Positions 12,477 to 23,481 are shown, numbered from the stretch's first letter. The stretch: 40,597 bases of DNA from Promethearchaeota archaeon (GCA_048940925.1 JBHLOC010000039.1:1-40597); one strand, 5' to 3'. Translations and numbers: made by a program. Notes: generated by a model from the sequence alone, not told the origin.

Positions 12477-12890
12477 CTTTTATCAGCTAAAGAATTATAC
12501 TAATTAATTTAATAATTAATAATTATATAACTAATCTTTGATTTGTTAATGCTCTTCCATACAAAAGAATTTCTAACAACATTTTAATAATTAATGCAAG
12601 AATAATTCCTGAGAAATAAAAATGATAATAGAAACTACAAAGAAATATAAATATAAATTATCTCTAAAAACTAAAAATCAAATTTTTAGAATACCCACGA
12701 TCTCTATATCATTAAATTATAAATTTGTCAAAACTAAATTAATAAAGCAGTAATAATATATTTTATTAAAAAGTAAGTAATACAAAAAATTAAATAAAAT
12801 TAAAATAAGTTAATTATATTTATACTAGTATATTTGTTATTGATATCTCTATCCTAAAAAAATAGATTCTAATTAAGAATAACAGGAAAA

Positions 12891-13268
12891 ATGACTTCTA
12901 TGGAGCCAACTAGCGAAAATCTTGATGAAATTCTAAAAAAATTGTTATCAGCTATTCCTGAAGTTAAAGCCGCCGCAATTGTATCCGCTGAAGGTTTACC
13001 TATCGCATCTGCGCTTCCACAGGGGGTAGATGAAACAAGAATTGCTGCAATGACCGCAGCATTGCTCTCCTTAGCTGAAAGATCTGTTATTGAAATGGAA
13101 AAGGGAGAATTTAGTGAATTATACGTCAAAGGTACAGATGGTTATTTATTGGTGATGGAAGCAGGTCCCAATGCGGTATTGACTGTTTCTACAACGAAAG
13201 ATGTAAGATTAGGGCTAATTTTTTTGGATTGTAAACGAACGTGCGAAAAAATCGCGAAATTGATTTAA
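12891..13268 (+). CDS. Roadblock/LC7 (MglB-like) protein
   Basis: AAAIVSAEGLPIASAL, IAAMTAALLSLAER, VKGTDGY, LGLIFLD. Confidence 0.93.
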   Translation: MTSMEPTSENLDEILKKLLSAIPEVKAAAIVSAEGLPIASALPQGVDETRIAAMTAALLSLAERSVIEMEKGEFSELYVKGTDGYLLVMEAGPNAVLTVSTTKDVRLGLIFLDCKRTCEKIAKLI

Positions 13269-13984
13269 TCCCTATCTAATTTTGTATCATTTATTACGTC
13301 ATACATAAGATGAAGGTATGAATGTTTCAATTTCTGGCAATCTTTAAGTTTTAGAGCTTTAATATTATATAAATCTTTTTCAGTTCGAGGAGCTGCGCCA
13401 TCTATAGAGGTAGGAGTATCTTTTCCACCTATTAAACACGGTACGATTATAAAAGAAATGTGATCGATAAGTTTATGCTTAAGAAATAAAGAGTTTAAGG
13501 TACCCCCTGATTGAATTGATATTTTTTCGATATTAAAATCTTGTTTCAGTTTTCTAAATAAATCTTCAAGATTAATCTGCTTTTGATAATAAATTATTTT
13601 AAGCTTTTTTTGATTTGAAAACTCAAAAGCAGGATGTATCTCATTATTGGTAACGATATATATTGATTTAAAAGACTGAATTAAGTAATTCATTCCCTTT
13701 TCTGTAAGATGTGGTTTGCGATCAATTACAATTAGGTTGACATCCTTATGATTATCAACTCTTTCACGTGAATTAATACCAATTTTAGCTAACACTTTTC
13801 CGCTGATTAAAGCATGTCTATCAGTTCTAAATAAAAGATCATAGTACTGATAATTACCTTCTTTAATACCTTTTATTTTAGGAAAATCAAGTTCTTGGTC
13901 TCGTTCATCGATATCTCCAGTTGAAATTTTTCCATCTAATGATTGCATTAGAAATAGAGTTGTTTCGGGTCTATTCTTTTCCAT
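13265..13984 (-). CDS. RibD C-terminal / dihydrofolate reductase family protein
   Basis: SLDGKI, QSGGTLNSLFL, LIDHI, PCLIGG. Confidence 0.85.
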   Translation of the reverse strand: MEKNRPETTLFLMQSLDGKISTGDIDERDQELDFPKIKGIKEGNYQYYDLLFRTDRHALISGKVLAKIGINSRERVDNHKDVNLIVIDRKPHLTEKGMNYLIQSFKSIYIVTNNEIHPAFEFSNQKKLKIIYYQKQINLEDLFRKLKQDFNIEKISIQSGGTLNSLFLKHKLIDHISFIIVPCLIGGKDTPTSIDGAAPRTEKDLYNIKALKLKDCQKLKHSYLHLMYDVINDTKLDRD

Positions 13985-14346
13985 TTATTACTCACTTATT
14001 ACTTTATAATTAGTTTTAGATTATTACGTTAATATATATCTATTTGTACAAAATTACCATTTATTGATTATGAATTTACTAAAGCGAATTCTTTTCTTTA
14101 GAGCAACTAAGAATTGCAATATAAATTTCTTTTCTTCATTTATATTTAACTAATATTATATTCATGACCATCAAAGTTTTCAATTAGGAGAATTCTTTTA
14201 ATCCTCGATTCCATCTTGCATAAGAATTCCGAAAGGTGACTTGTTTAAGGACATAAATAGACTATGTGTTCATTTTCACAAACTTTATTTGGAAAAATTT
14301 AAGTATTTAATATTAATCTTTTTAATCTTTTACAGAAAAATTAGCG

Positions 14347-16101
14347 ATGGCAAGTATGAAAAAAAAAATATTCAAATATTGGTTTTTTATATGTATTTTA
14401 CTAATAATGGTTAGATCATTAGTCTTTTGTAATAATAGCAGTGTCATCAACAATTTTGATATTGATGAAGAATCTTTTGATCTTAAAATGAGTAATTCAG
14501 GGTTTGACGATTGGGAGTTATTTCCTCTAGAAGTAATCTCAACTGAAAGTGTTAATGATTCAAGGTATCCTTCGCTAGCAGTAGATAGCGCAGGAAATGT
14601 TCATATAATGTGGGCAGATGAAGCTGATTATAACGGCTCTGGAACAGATTGGGATATCTTCTATAAATATTTTAATAGAACAACAAATTCATGGTCCAAC
14701 TTAGAAGTAGTTACTAGTGAAAGTACCCTTCAAACGAATACACCATCATTAGCAGTTGATCATAAAGGCAATATCCATGTTACTTACCAAGAGCATATGG
14801 ATATTTATTACAAGCGACTTAATATGTCTACACATTCGTGGTCAACCCCAGAATTAGTTTCATCTGAAAGCACACCAATATCCAGTTCCTCGTCGCCTTC
14901 GATAGCAATCGATAGTGCAGGAAATGTCCATATCGTGTGGGAAGATTCAAGTGATATTAATGGAGCAGGCATAGATCTAGATATTTTCTACAAACGTTAT
15001 GATGTAGCATTACGTAATTGGACAACAACGGAAGTTGTCTCCACTGAGAGTGCTAATTCTTCATCGGCACCTTGTCTTGCGATTGATAGCTCTGACAATA
15101 TCCATATAATGTGGACAGATTTTACTAATTATGCTGGTGCGGGATTAGACGCAGATATATTTCACAAATATTATAATGTAGAGACAAATTCTTGGACAAC
15201 TGTAGAAGTAATTTCTACTGAAAGTAATGCTGACTCGCTATATCCCTCATTCGCAATAGATAGTTTGGATAATCTCCACGTAGCTTGGGTAGATGGTACA
15301 AATTATAATAACGCTGGTAACGATTGGGATATTTTTTATAAGTTTTTTAAACAAAACACTAGTTCTTGGTCAACCACAGAAGTCGTCTTTACTGAAAGTA
15401 ATGCTGAATCACTCTTTCCTTCACTTGCAATAGATAAGGAAGATAATATACATATAGTATGGGTAGATAGCTCTGATTATGATTTAGCAGGCACAGATCC
15501 AGACATCTTCTACAAGAGTTTTCAACAATCTACAAGCTCTTGGACGAATGTAAAGGTACTTTCCCCAGAATGTGATTATGGTGCTACTCATCCTTGTCTG
15601 GTGGTTGATGATATAGGAACTATTCATGTCGTATGGGAAGATCTCACTCAGTATAATGAAGAAACCTTAGATGATGATATCTTCTTTAGAATTTTTGCTG
15701 AAAGGCTTCCAGAGTCAGAACTAGCTTCAATTGAACCAAATCCTACGCATTCTAGTAATATTGAGTTAGAATGGAAAGCAAATGATAAGGCAACGCACTA
15801 TTATGTGTATAGGAATGATACCATTATATGGTCCATAGAAGAATTAAAGCCTATAGCTGAAGTCACCACGAATAAGTATATAGACAGTTTACCCGATCAT
15901 GGAAAGTTTTTCTATACCATAGTAGCTGGAAATTATTTATTCAATAGCTCTGTTTCAAATTGCGTTTCAGTTGTTTATACAAGTAATCCTCCATTCTTCC
16001 TACAAACTTTAGAATTGAGATGGCTAGATCTAACTCTCATTATAGTTGCATTGGTTGGCTTACAGGTATTGCTTTTTGTGTTGGTTAAAAGAAAAAAATA
16101 A
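14347..16101 (+). CDS. Cell-surface protein: signal peptide, seven ~58-aa repeats (probable beta-propeller), Fn3-like domain, C-terminal membrane anchor
   Basis: Repeats EVxSTES...PSLAxDSxGNxHIxW.D...DIFYK...SW; LEW...YYVYR...Y.D...YTIVA Fn3 pattern; hydrophobic tail ending KRKK. Confidence 0.8.
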   Translation: MASMKKKIFKYWFFICILLIMVRSLVFCNNSSVINNFDIDEESFDLKMSNSGFDDWELFPLEVISTESVNDSRYPSLAVDSAGNVHIMWADEADYNGSGTDWDIFYKYFNRTTNSWSNLEVVTSESTLQTNTPSLAVDHKGNIHVTYQEHMDIYYKRLNMSTHSWSTPELVSSESTPISSSSSPSIAIDSAGNVHIVWEDSSDINGAGIDLDIFYKRYDVALRNWTTTEVVSTESANSSSAPCLAIDSSDNIHIMWTDFTNYAGAGLDADIFHKYYNVETNSWTTVEVISTESNADSLYPSFAIDSLDNLHVAWVDGTNYNNAGNDWDIFYKFFKQNTSSWSTTEVVFTESNAESLFPSLAIDKEDNIHIVWVDSSDYDLAGTDPDIFYKSFQQSTSSWTNVKVLSPECDYGATHPCLVVDDIGTIHVVWEDLTQYNEETLDDDIFFRIFAERLPESELASIEPNPTHSSNIELEWKANDKATHYYVYRNDTIIWSIEELKPIAEVTTNKYIDSLPDHGKFFYTIVAGNYLFNSSVSNCVSVVYTSNPPFFLQTLELRWLDLTLIIVALVGLQVLLFVLVKRKK

Positions 16102-16241
16102 TTTCAAATGATCTTTATTTAAAAAAATTCTTTTTTTTTTTAAATCTCCTTATTAATCTTTGGATTTACTTTAGAGAATTACACTTCTTTTTTATTTACA
16201 CTCTAAGGAATCAACCACTTATTTGAAATATTACAATAATT

Positions 16242-16450
16242 CATTACTCTCCTTAGCTGAAAGATCTATTATTGAGATGGAGAAAAGACAATTCAGCGAA
16301 CTTAATGTTAAGGTACTGATAGTTATTTATTAATCAGGGAAACAGATCCCAATGTTGTGTTTACTATTTCTACTACGAAAGATGTAAAATTGGAATTAAT
16401 ATTTTTGGATTGTAAACGAACATGTGGAAAAGATCGCAAGATTAATTTAA
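16242..16450 (+). pseudogene. Decayed duplicate of the 3' 209 nt of the roadblock gene at 12891-13268
   Basis: Colinear nucleotide match to 13060-13268 with a -1 and a +1 indel and missense changes; 5' part absent. Confidence 0.9.
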
Positions 16451-16797
16451 TTCTCTTATATTTTGAAAAGAATGATCAGTTTACTTTAAAAATAATATAT
16501 ATACACATATACATTACTATGCTAATTTTTTCTGAAATTTATCTAATGGCAACTAAAGAAAAATTTTCAATTAGTAGCCATAATTTAACAATGATCTTCT
16601 TCCTTATTATCATACAAAACTTGGTACTCCTAAAATGTTGAAAAAGAAGCACTAGGTCAATTCTTTGAGATTTGCTTGGGATATCTAAAATAAGTAGACA
16701 ATCAGAAATAGAACAAAATCATATCATCTAAAATTTGATATATAGATTAGAACAACTTAAATTTTTAAAAAAAAAAAAAATATAAATAAATTTAAAA

Positions 16798-17778
16798 TTA
16801 AATTCCATGAGCCCAAGAAGGTGCCGTCATTAAAAAGCCTGTTATTGCAATAATTAATGCCAAAATTAAACCAATACTAGCAAGCCTATCACGACCTATA
16901 GTTAATAAACTATCATCTTTTTGGATATCTGCTCTTACTTGGGAAATATAGCGTTCAAGTTTCTTTTTGGTAATTCTTTCAGACATCGCACTCGAAAGTA
17001 CTACTGCCACTGTTGTAAAGGAGACAGTAATCGCGAAACTATCTGCTTGACCAGCAAGTAAGTTTGCATTTTGTAGAGTTTGGACTGCTAAGTCGCGTGC
17101 TTCAAAAACGGGTTCATTTAACATATTTCGGTAAGATGATTCATTAAATTCAAAGAAATATAAGTCTGGTAATCCTTCAGTAATTTGATTTAAAAGATCT
17201 TCTGGAACACCTCCAACAATTACATTAATAAAGGTAACAGGTGGAATGGGAATTAAATTTGGATATGTATCGTTATATGATTTCCATAGTTCGCCAGTAA
17301 TGGTATAAACAAACCTATGTGTTAATTGATTTGCTAATATGCGTGAACCTGCACCATTACTACTATTAAAGCCTCTCCAGAGACCCATTACTGTACTCTC
17401 CATTTGATGTTCCCAACCTTCCTGGAACTTTCCTTGAATTTGACTTTTATGTGTAGCGTTTTCTAATTTTTCCATATCAGTTGGCAAGTTAAGAGCAAGT
17501 ATCTCTTGCCATTCAATTGTAAGCGTACGCCCCTCCATAAAAGCAATATTAGCACTTTTAAAAAATTCCTTATCTGTCTCAAATAATGACTGTACAAATA
17601 AATTCATAGATTCAGCAGTTAGTTCATATACAGTAGCATCTTCGTACAAAGTATTTGCTTTTGTTTCAACGGCACTATAAAAAATCCCGGAAACGAAACC
17701 TAATCCAGATATCAACAAAATAATTACAGTTAGAAAACGTTCTTTACTTCTATTATCTCTTTTTGACATAATCGTCAA
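16798..17778 (-). CDS. Hypothetical membrane protein
   Basis: 326-aa ORF; one N-terminal and two C-terminal hydrophobic segments around a large loop. Confidence 0.7.
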   Translation of the reverse strand: MTIMSKRDNRSKERFLTVIILLISGLGFVSGIFYSAVETKANTLYEDATVYELTAESMNLFVQSLFETDKEFFKSANIAFMEGRTLTIEWQEILALNLPTDMEKLENATHKSQIQGKFQEGWEHQMESTVMGLWRGFNSSNGAGSRILANQLTHRFVYTITGELWKSYNDTYPNLIPIPPVTFINVIVGGVPEDLLNQITEGLPDLYFFEFNESSYRNMLNEPVFEARDLAVQTLQNANLLAGQADSFAITVSFTTVAVVLSSAMSERITKKKLERYISQVRADIQKDDSLLTIGRDRLASIGLILALIIAITGFLMTAPSWAHGI

Positions 17779-18273
17779 CTTTCATAAAATATTTTGATTA
17801 GATTTTACCCATAATGATGGATTTCATTAGAAATTACAAATATATCATTAATATTTAAATTTTTTTTAAATTTTGTCCTTTAGAAAAACTTTTACAACTT
17901 TTAGGATAGATTATAAATTTATACTAATGTTATAATCTTTTGAGAAATAAATGCTACAGAAGATATAAAAGTATCCTATTAATGCTCATAATGTATGTTT
18001 CGAATTAGAGATACTGGAAGATGAAAAAATTATATCCTTTTTATCATTTTAAGATAAACTTATTATTGGAATTCTTTTGGAAGTTATATAACCCACTTAC
18101 GCATCTATTACTAATTTATATTATTAAACTAAAGGGCTTTCAATTTGTATCTTATAATGTGGTATATGACCTTGTTACAATTTTTAAATGCGATAAAGTA
18201 ATATCAAAGTGTAATGCTTGAATTAATTAGATTAGATTTTAACAGTTTTTAAAACATAATCAAAAGGAATAAA

Positions 18274-18669
18274 GTGAAAAAAATAACAACAGAAGAAAAC
18301 TTAATATGCGTTTTACTGTATGGAGAAACAGAAACTGAAGAACAAATTATAGAAATAGCCCGTGGTTATGAAAATTGTCCTTATATAAGGCTTATGTCAA
18401 CTAAAGGAAACCAACTTTATGCTATGTTTTTCCTACCAGTAAGACAAAAGTGGTGGATTGAATATATTGAAAAGAATCCAGGTGGCACATTTGGACTTAG
18501 AAATGCGAAAATTACTTTTTTAGATAAAGTATATTATCCTAAGAAGTTAACACTTAAAATTCCTGAAAAATTAAATAGTGTTAGTCCCTGTGGAGCATAT
18601 TGTAAGGAATGCCAGAGTCTTGATAAATGTAGCGGTTGTCCTGCTACTATTTATTATAAAAAAAACTAA
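18274..18669 (+). CDS. Hypothetical protein with C-terminal Cys cluster (metal or Fe-S binding)
   Basis: PCGAYCKECQSLDKCSGCP at the C-terminus. Confidence 0.7.
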   Translation: MKKITTEENLICVLLYGETETEEQIIEIARGYENCPYIRLMSTKGNQLYAMFFLPVRQKWWIEYIEKNPGGTFGLRNAKITFLDKVYYPKKLTLKIPEKLNSVSPCGAYCKECQSLDKCSGCPATIYYKKN

Positions 18670-18787
18670 ATAAAAGATATTTTTAAGAAGTATTAAAAAT
18701 TTTTAGATTAGTAGCTTTGTTTAACTGATTTGAAATTATTAATGTTGTAATACCATGATGTTCATACTCCAAATGATATTCATAAAA

Positions 18788-19591
18788 TTAAAGACTTAAT
18801 TCTTTTATTGTTTCGGGTACATCGTAATTTTCATGAACAATAAGATATAGCGCTTTTACAAACTTAGTAGGATCATCAGCTTGGAATACATTTCTACCAT
18901 AAGCTACACCCGCACCACCTACCTCAATTGATTGTTTAGTTATTTCTAAAATATCTCTTAATCCTGCTTTTTCTCCTCCTGCAATTATTACTGGGGCCAT
19001 ACAACCTTCCACAACTTCTTTAAAAGAATCAGGATCACCTGTCCAATTTGTCTTGACAATATCTGCGCCTAATTCAGCAGCAACACGAGCAGCTATCTTA
19101 ACGACATCAACGTTATATTCATCATCTATATTCTCTCCCCTTGGATACATCATAGCGAGAAGTGGCATTCCCAGATCTCGACATTCTCTTGAAACTCCTC
19201 CTAAAGTTTCTAACATTTCTGGATCTGATTTTGTACCAATATTAATATGAATTGACACTCCATCTGCCCCGAATTTTACAGCTTCTAAAACGGTATTTAC
19301 TAATATTTTGTAATTTGCGTCAGGACTTAATGAAGTTGAGCCTGATAAATGTAAAATTAATCCTATATCAGGACCATATCCTCTGTGTGCATATAACGGA
19401 ATTCCAACATGCCCTAAAACAGCGTTAGCACCACCTAAAGCGATCTTATTTACCATTTCTCCTATTTCTTTATCAATTCCTTTAATAGGTCCAACAGTTA
19501 ATCCATGATCCATTGGAACTATTATAGTCCTTTTTGTTTCCCTATTAATAATTCTCTCTAATCTAATTTTCTTTCCAATATATCCAGACAT
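18788..19591 (-). CDS. DhnA-type class I aldolase, probably 2-amino-3,7-dideoxy-D-threo-hept-6-ulosonate synthase
   Basis: [31 protein letters not shown] (Schiff-base Lys), IAGG, GRNVFQ; GGAGG SD upstream. Confidence 0.85.
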   Translation of the reverse strand: MSGYIGKKIRLERIINRETKRTIIVPMDHGLTVGPIKGIDKEIGEMVNKIALGGANAVLGHVGIPLYAHRGYGPDIGLILHLSGSTSLSPDANYKILVNTVLEAVKFGADGVSIHINIGTKSDPEMLETLGGVSRECRDLGMPLLAMMYPRGENIDDEYNVDVVKIAARVAAELGADIVKTNWTGDPDSFKEVVEGCMAPVIIAGGEKAGLRDILEITKQSIEVGGAGVAYGRNVFQADDPTKFVKALYLIVHENYDVPETIKELSL

Positions 19592-19837
19592 ATGTTAAAT
19601 TCCCTCCTATTTTAAAAAAGTTTTACAATTCTTTTAACTTGAAACGATTATACAAAAAAATGCATACAGTGTTAATAACTCTCTCTTATTAAAAAGATCA
19701 TAATCATAAGATATTGTTTTATTAGAATATATTTAAAATTTAAAAAAAATATAGATGTTCTTATTTTTTTAATATTTCTAAGTTTAAATGAGCCTTAAGA
19801 TTCTCAAAATGAAATTTTGAAGTTATTTATTCCAATA

Positions 19838-20650
19838 TTAATTTATTTTACGTATTGCATTGTCAAGTGCTTGTCTGAGTCTACTTTTTTCAATTTCTGA
19901 CCCTACTTCAATTTTATCTCCATTAACATAAATTCTTCTCTCAATACCATATTGCTGTAATATATTTTGGTCTATTGCTGAATATTCATTAAGGATAACT
20001 TTTTCTCCATATTCTGAAACCACTTCTCGCACTCTTTGAGCTTCAACATCACTAGTTTGACAAAATCTATTCCAAAATAAATCTATGACAATTTTTCCAC
20101 TAATAGGTTTAAATGTATAGTTTTCTTCTCGGAAATGAGGAGGTTCAGCGCTTTGTTCAAACTTTTTCCATAGAACTGCTTCTTCTCCACGTTTTTCTGC
20201 GACTTCAAATCCAAGTTTTAAAAAATATTTTGCTGGCATAAACCAAAAATCCCAAAAAAACCCCACAGTTGCGATCCCTTTACGATTTTGCCTTTTAGTT
20301 TCTTGTTCTGCTGCGTTAACTAATTTTTTCCCAATACCTAATTTAGAAAATTTAGAGTGCGAAACTAAGCAAGGAAATACCATCAATTCTTTGCCTTGCA
20401 TATTCCATGGGGCTATTTCAATTGGCATAATATATATAAATCCTGCGTGAATGCCATCGAAAAGTGCGACTTTGACTTTTAATCCGTGTTTTTCCATGCT
20501 TCTAAGCCAAGATATACGGCGTGGACAAGACATTTCATACTCTATATTATTTTCATTTACATGAGTACAAGTACCAACATAATATTCATCATCCTTGGCC
20601 ATATCTCGGATAATAATTGACATTTTTTTTTTAAAATCTATTTTACTCAA
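19838..20650 (-). CDS. GNAT family acetyltransferase with thioredoxin-like C-terminal domain
   Basis: AGFIYIMP, CLVSHSKFSKLGIGKKLV (motif A), YFLKLGF. Confidence 0.8.
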   Translation of the reverse strand: MSKIDFKKKMSIIIRDMAKDDEYYVGTCTHVNENNIEYEMSCPRRISWLRSMEKHGLKVKVALFDGIHAGFIYIMPIEIAPWNMQGKELMVFPCLVSHSKFSKLGIGKKLVNAAEQETKRQNRKGIATVGFFWDFWFMPAKYFLKLGFEVAEKRGEEAVLWKKFEQSAEPPHFREENYTFKPISGKIVIDLFWNRFCQTSDVEAQRVREVVSEYGEKVILNEYSAIDQNILQQYGIERRIYVNGDKIEVGSEIEKSRLRQALDNAIRKIN

Positions 20651-20891
20651 GAAATATAGATGTATTAATACTTTAAAAAACCTTAGCTTGTCGAACCAAG
20701 AAATCTAAATTACTATTTTGTATATATATTTTAACTTAAAAAAATTTTAATTTTAAAGAACAAAACAAAATTTTTCTAAGGAAATCATGTTTCCTATGAA
20801 TAAAATTATAGAGTATATGAAACAGGCAAAAAGATTATTTCTCTTTATTGACTCATAATAAAAAAAATCTATCGAGAAGAAAAAAATAAAA

Positions 20892-20996
20892 CTATAAAAA
20901 AAGACCGGCAAGAAGCAATATAACAAAACCTAGGGCTACCAAGCCTGAAAGTCCTAAGATTGATAAAACAATCTCATAAACCTCTTTCACAGTCAT
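20892..20996 (-). CDS. Small single-pass membrane peptide, 34 aa (not in ORF track)
   Basis: MTVKEVYEIVLSILGLSGLVALGFVILLLAGLFL*; GGGTGAG SD-like motif upstream, T-tract directly downstream. Confidence 0.6.
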   Translation of the reverse strand: MTVKEVYEIVLSILGLSGLVALGFVILLLAGLFL

Positions 20997-21186
20997 ATTT
21001 CGATATTCTCACCCCATAATTAAATAAACCCTAATTCTCATAAATATATATAAAAGTATATATATAAAAGTTTCGATTATATGCTTTAAAATACCTCTTT
21101 TTTAATAATTATTACATATTAATATATATAAATATATATATTGAAGAAAATAAGGATAATGAAAAAATCAATCTAATTTTATTTAT

Positions 21187-22173
21187 TTAAAGTAGTTTCC
21201 TTACACATTCTTGAATCAATAGTGCATTTGGAATGATCACTTTTTCTAATTTATCCGAAAACGGAATTGGAACATCTGGCGTATTAAGTCTTATAATAGG
21301 TTTCTTTAAATATTGAAAGCCCTCTTCTGCGACGAATGCTGCAAGTTCAGCACTCACAGAACAAGTTTTACAGCCTTCATCCACAATAAGTAATCTTCCT
21401 GTTTTTTCAACAGAATTTAGAATAGTCATCTTATCTAATGGAACTAAAGTCCTGGGGTCAATTATTTCGCAATGAATGTTTTCTGCTTCCAATTTTGTAA
21501 AAGCTCTAATACTTTCTGAGACCATAGCTCCTGTAGCAACTATAGTAACATCATCCCCTTCAGTGAATATCCTTGCTTGCCCAAATGGTATTGTGAATTC
21601 TTTATCTAGCGGAACTTCACCAATGTGGTAATAGGCTCTCTTATTTTCAAAAAAAATGACTGGATCATCATCTCGTACAGCGGTCTTCAGTAAACCTTTA
21701 AAGTCACGGGCATCCGATGGTAATACAACTTTCAGACCTGGTACATGCATAAACCATGATTCAAAAGATTGGGAATGTTGGGCCGCCCCCATTATGCCTG
21801 TTCCAAAAGGAACTCTTATTGTAACAGGAACAGAAATTTGTCCTCCGTACATATATCTTGCTTTTGCAGCTTGATTTACAATCATCTCCATACACACAGT
21901 TAAGAAGTCCGCAAACATAATTTCCGCAATAGGATGCATTCCAACCATGGCTGCTCCAATAGCACAGCCCAAAATCGCATTTTCACTAATAGGTGTTTCA
22001 CGAACTCTCTCAGGACCAAATTTTTCAAGTAAGCCTTCTGTTACAAAAAAAGGTCCTCCAAACTTACCTATATCTTCTCCTATTAAGAATACAGATTCAT
22101 CGCGGTCCATTTCTTCTTCAATAGCTAACCTTAATGCCTCCAACCCTCTCATCGTCTTAGTTTCTTCACCCAT
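21187..22173 (-). CDS. 2-oxoacid/acetoin dehydrogenase E1 beta subunit
   Basis: GEDIG, ETPISENAILG, AEIMFADF, AAQHSQ, IDPRTLVPLD. Confidence 0.93.
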   Translation of the reverse strand: MGEETKTMRGLEALRLAIEEEMDRDESVFLIGEDIGKFGGPFFVTEGLLEKFGPERVRETPISENAILGCAIGAAMVGMHPIAEIMFADFLTVCMEMIVNQAAKARYMYGGQISVPVTIRVPFGTGIMGAAQHSQSFESWFMHVPGLKVVLPSDARDFKGLLKTAVRDDDPVIFFENKRAYYHIGEVPLDKEFTIPFGQARIFTEGDDVTIVATGAMVSESIRAFTKLEAENIHCEIIDPRTLVPLDKMTILNSVEKTGRLLIVDEGCKTCSVSAELAAFVAEEGFQYLKKPIIRLNTPDVPIPFSDKLEKVIIPNALLIQECVRKLL

Positions 22174-22174
22174 T

Positions 22175-23176
22175 TCATTTCCCTCCTAAATTAATTGGAT
22201 TTTTATATATATCATCTAAAACAGTATTAGTATCTGGTTTTGGACTCTTTTTAGCTAATTTAACACTTAGATCTACTTGCGCTAAAGTTTCTTCTTCAAT
22301 TTTTTGAATCATAGCACGATCAATAACTTCACCTCTTATAAGCTTTACTTTATATGCTTCAATAGGACATTTTTTTTTCCAATCTTCCTTCTCTTCAGGT
22401 GATCGGTATTTATCAGCATCCATTGTCATTTGACCACCCCACCTATAAGTTTTGCATTCAATTAAGGTAGGACCACCCCCCTTTCTTGCGAGTTCAACAG
22501 CTTCTTTAATTGTTTTATATACTTCGATTACGTCATTACCATCAATTGTAAGACCTTTCATCCCATATCCATGAGCTCGGAGTGAAAGATCTTTAATACC
22601 ACTTGCATAATGAACAGGGGTGCTCCATCCATACATATTATTCTCTAAAACAAAAACAATTGGTAGTTTCCATATAGCTGCTAGATTCATTGTTTCATGC
22701 AACATTCCTTGATTTGCAGCACCATCACCAAAAAAAGTAAGAACTACCTTACCTTCATTTCTCATTTTTGAAGCTAAAGCAACTCCAAGGGCTAAAGGAG
22801 GTCCTGCTCCAACAATTCCATTTGCACCTAGCATATTTTTAGAAAAATCAGCAACATGCATCGATCCACCGTGACCCTTACATATTCCTCCTTCTTTTCC
22901 GTAAATTTCTGCCATTAGTGAATTAATATCCCCATCTTTAGCAATAAAATGGCCATGACCTCTGTGTGTAGAAGTAATATAATCATCTTCATTTATCGCC
23001 GCACAAGCTCCGACAGCTATAGCTTCTTCACCCGTATATGCATGAACAAAAATTGATTTGATTTTACCAGAATCCTTTGTAATTCTAAGTTCAAATTCAC
23101 GAATCAACAACATCTTTTTGTATAAATTAATTAGTTCTTCAGAACTCAATTCCTTAGGAAATTCATCACTACTCAT
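22175..23176 (-). CDS. 2-oxoacid/acetoin dehydrogenase E1 alpha subunit (TPP-dependent)
   Basis: STHRGHGH, GGSMH, GDGAANQG...ENN TPP-binding motif. Confidence 0.93.
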   Translation of the reverse strand: MSSDEFPKELSSEELINLYKKMLLIREFELRITKDSGKIKSIFVHAYTGEEAIAVGACAAINEDDYITSTHRGHGHFIAKDGDINSLMAEIYGKEGGICKGHGGSMHVADFSKNMLGANGIVGAGPPLALGVALASKMRNEGKVVLTFFGDGAANQGMLHETMNLAAIWKLPIVFVLENNMYGWSTPVHYASGIKDLSLRAHGYGMKGLTIDGNDVIEVYKTIKEAVELARKGGGPTLIECKTYRWGGQMTMDADKYRSPEEKEDWKKKCPIEAYKVKLIRGEVIDRAMIQKIEEETLAQVDLSVKLAKKSPKPDTNTVLDDIYKNPINLGGK

Positions 23177-23481
23177 TATTAAAACCTCATTTTAAAATAT
23201 TAATAATTGACCTTATTACTTTATAATACTAATCTATTATAAAATGAAATTTAATTGGGAGTATTTAATTCTTTCTTTTCAATGACATTTTTGCCCAATA
23301 AGAAAGATTTGCATAAAGAATTGAATATTATCTGATTTTCGATAATATAATAGTATAAAACCACAAACTATTAATTTTGTAATTCATTTAATTAATCATT
23401 AAAATTGATTTAATTCGTGGTATAATTAAACAATTTTATTTCACTGACGATATCACTAATAAATATTGACTTTTTTAATGG

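Noticed and set aside
12525-12660. Short hydrophobic minus-strand frame (GIILALIIKMLLEILLYG)
   Set aside because: No clear start or SD; hydrophobic frames arise by chance in T-rich DNA.
16357-16641. 94-aa ORF starting with roadblock-like sequence
   Set aside because: Read-through from the frameshifted roadblock remnant into low-complexity AT-rich DNA.
18021-18221. 66-aa ORF
   Set aside because: Composition typical of random AT-rich sequence; no recognisable motif.
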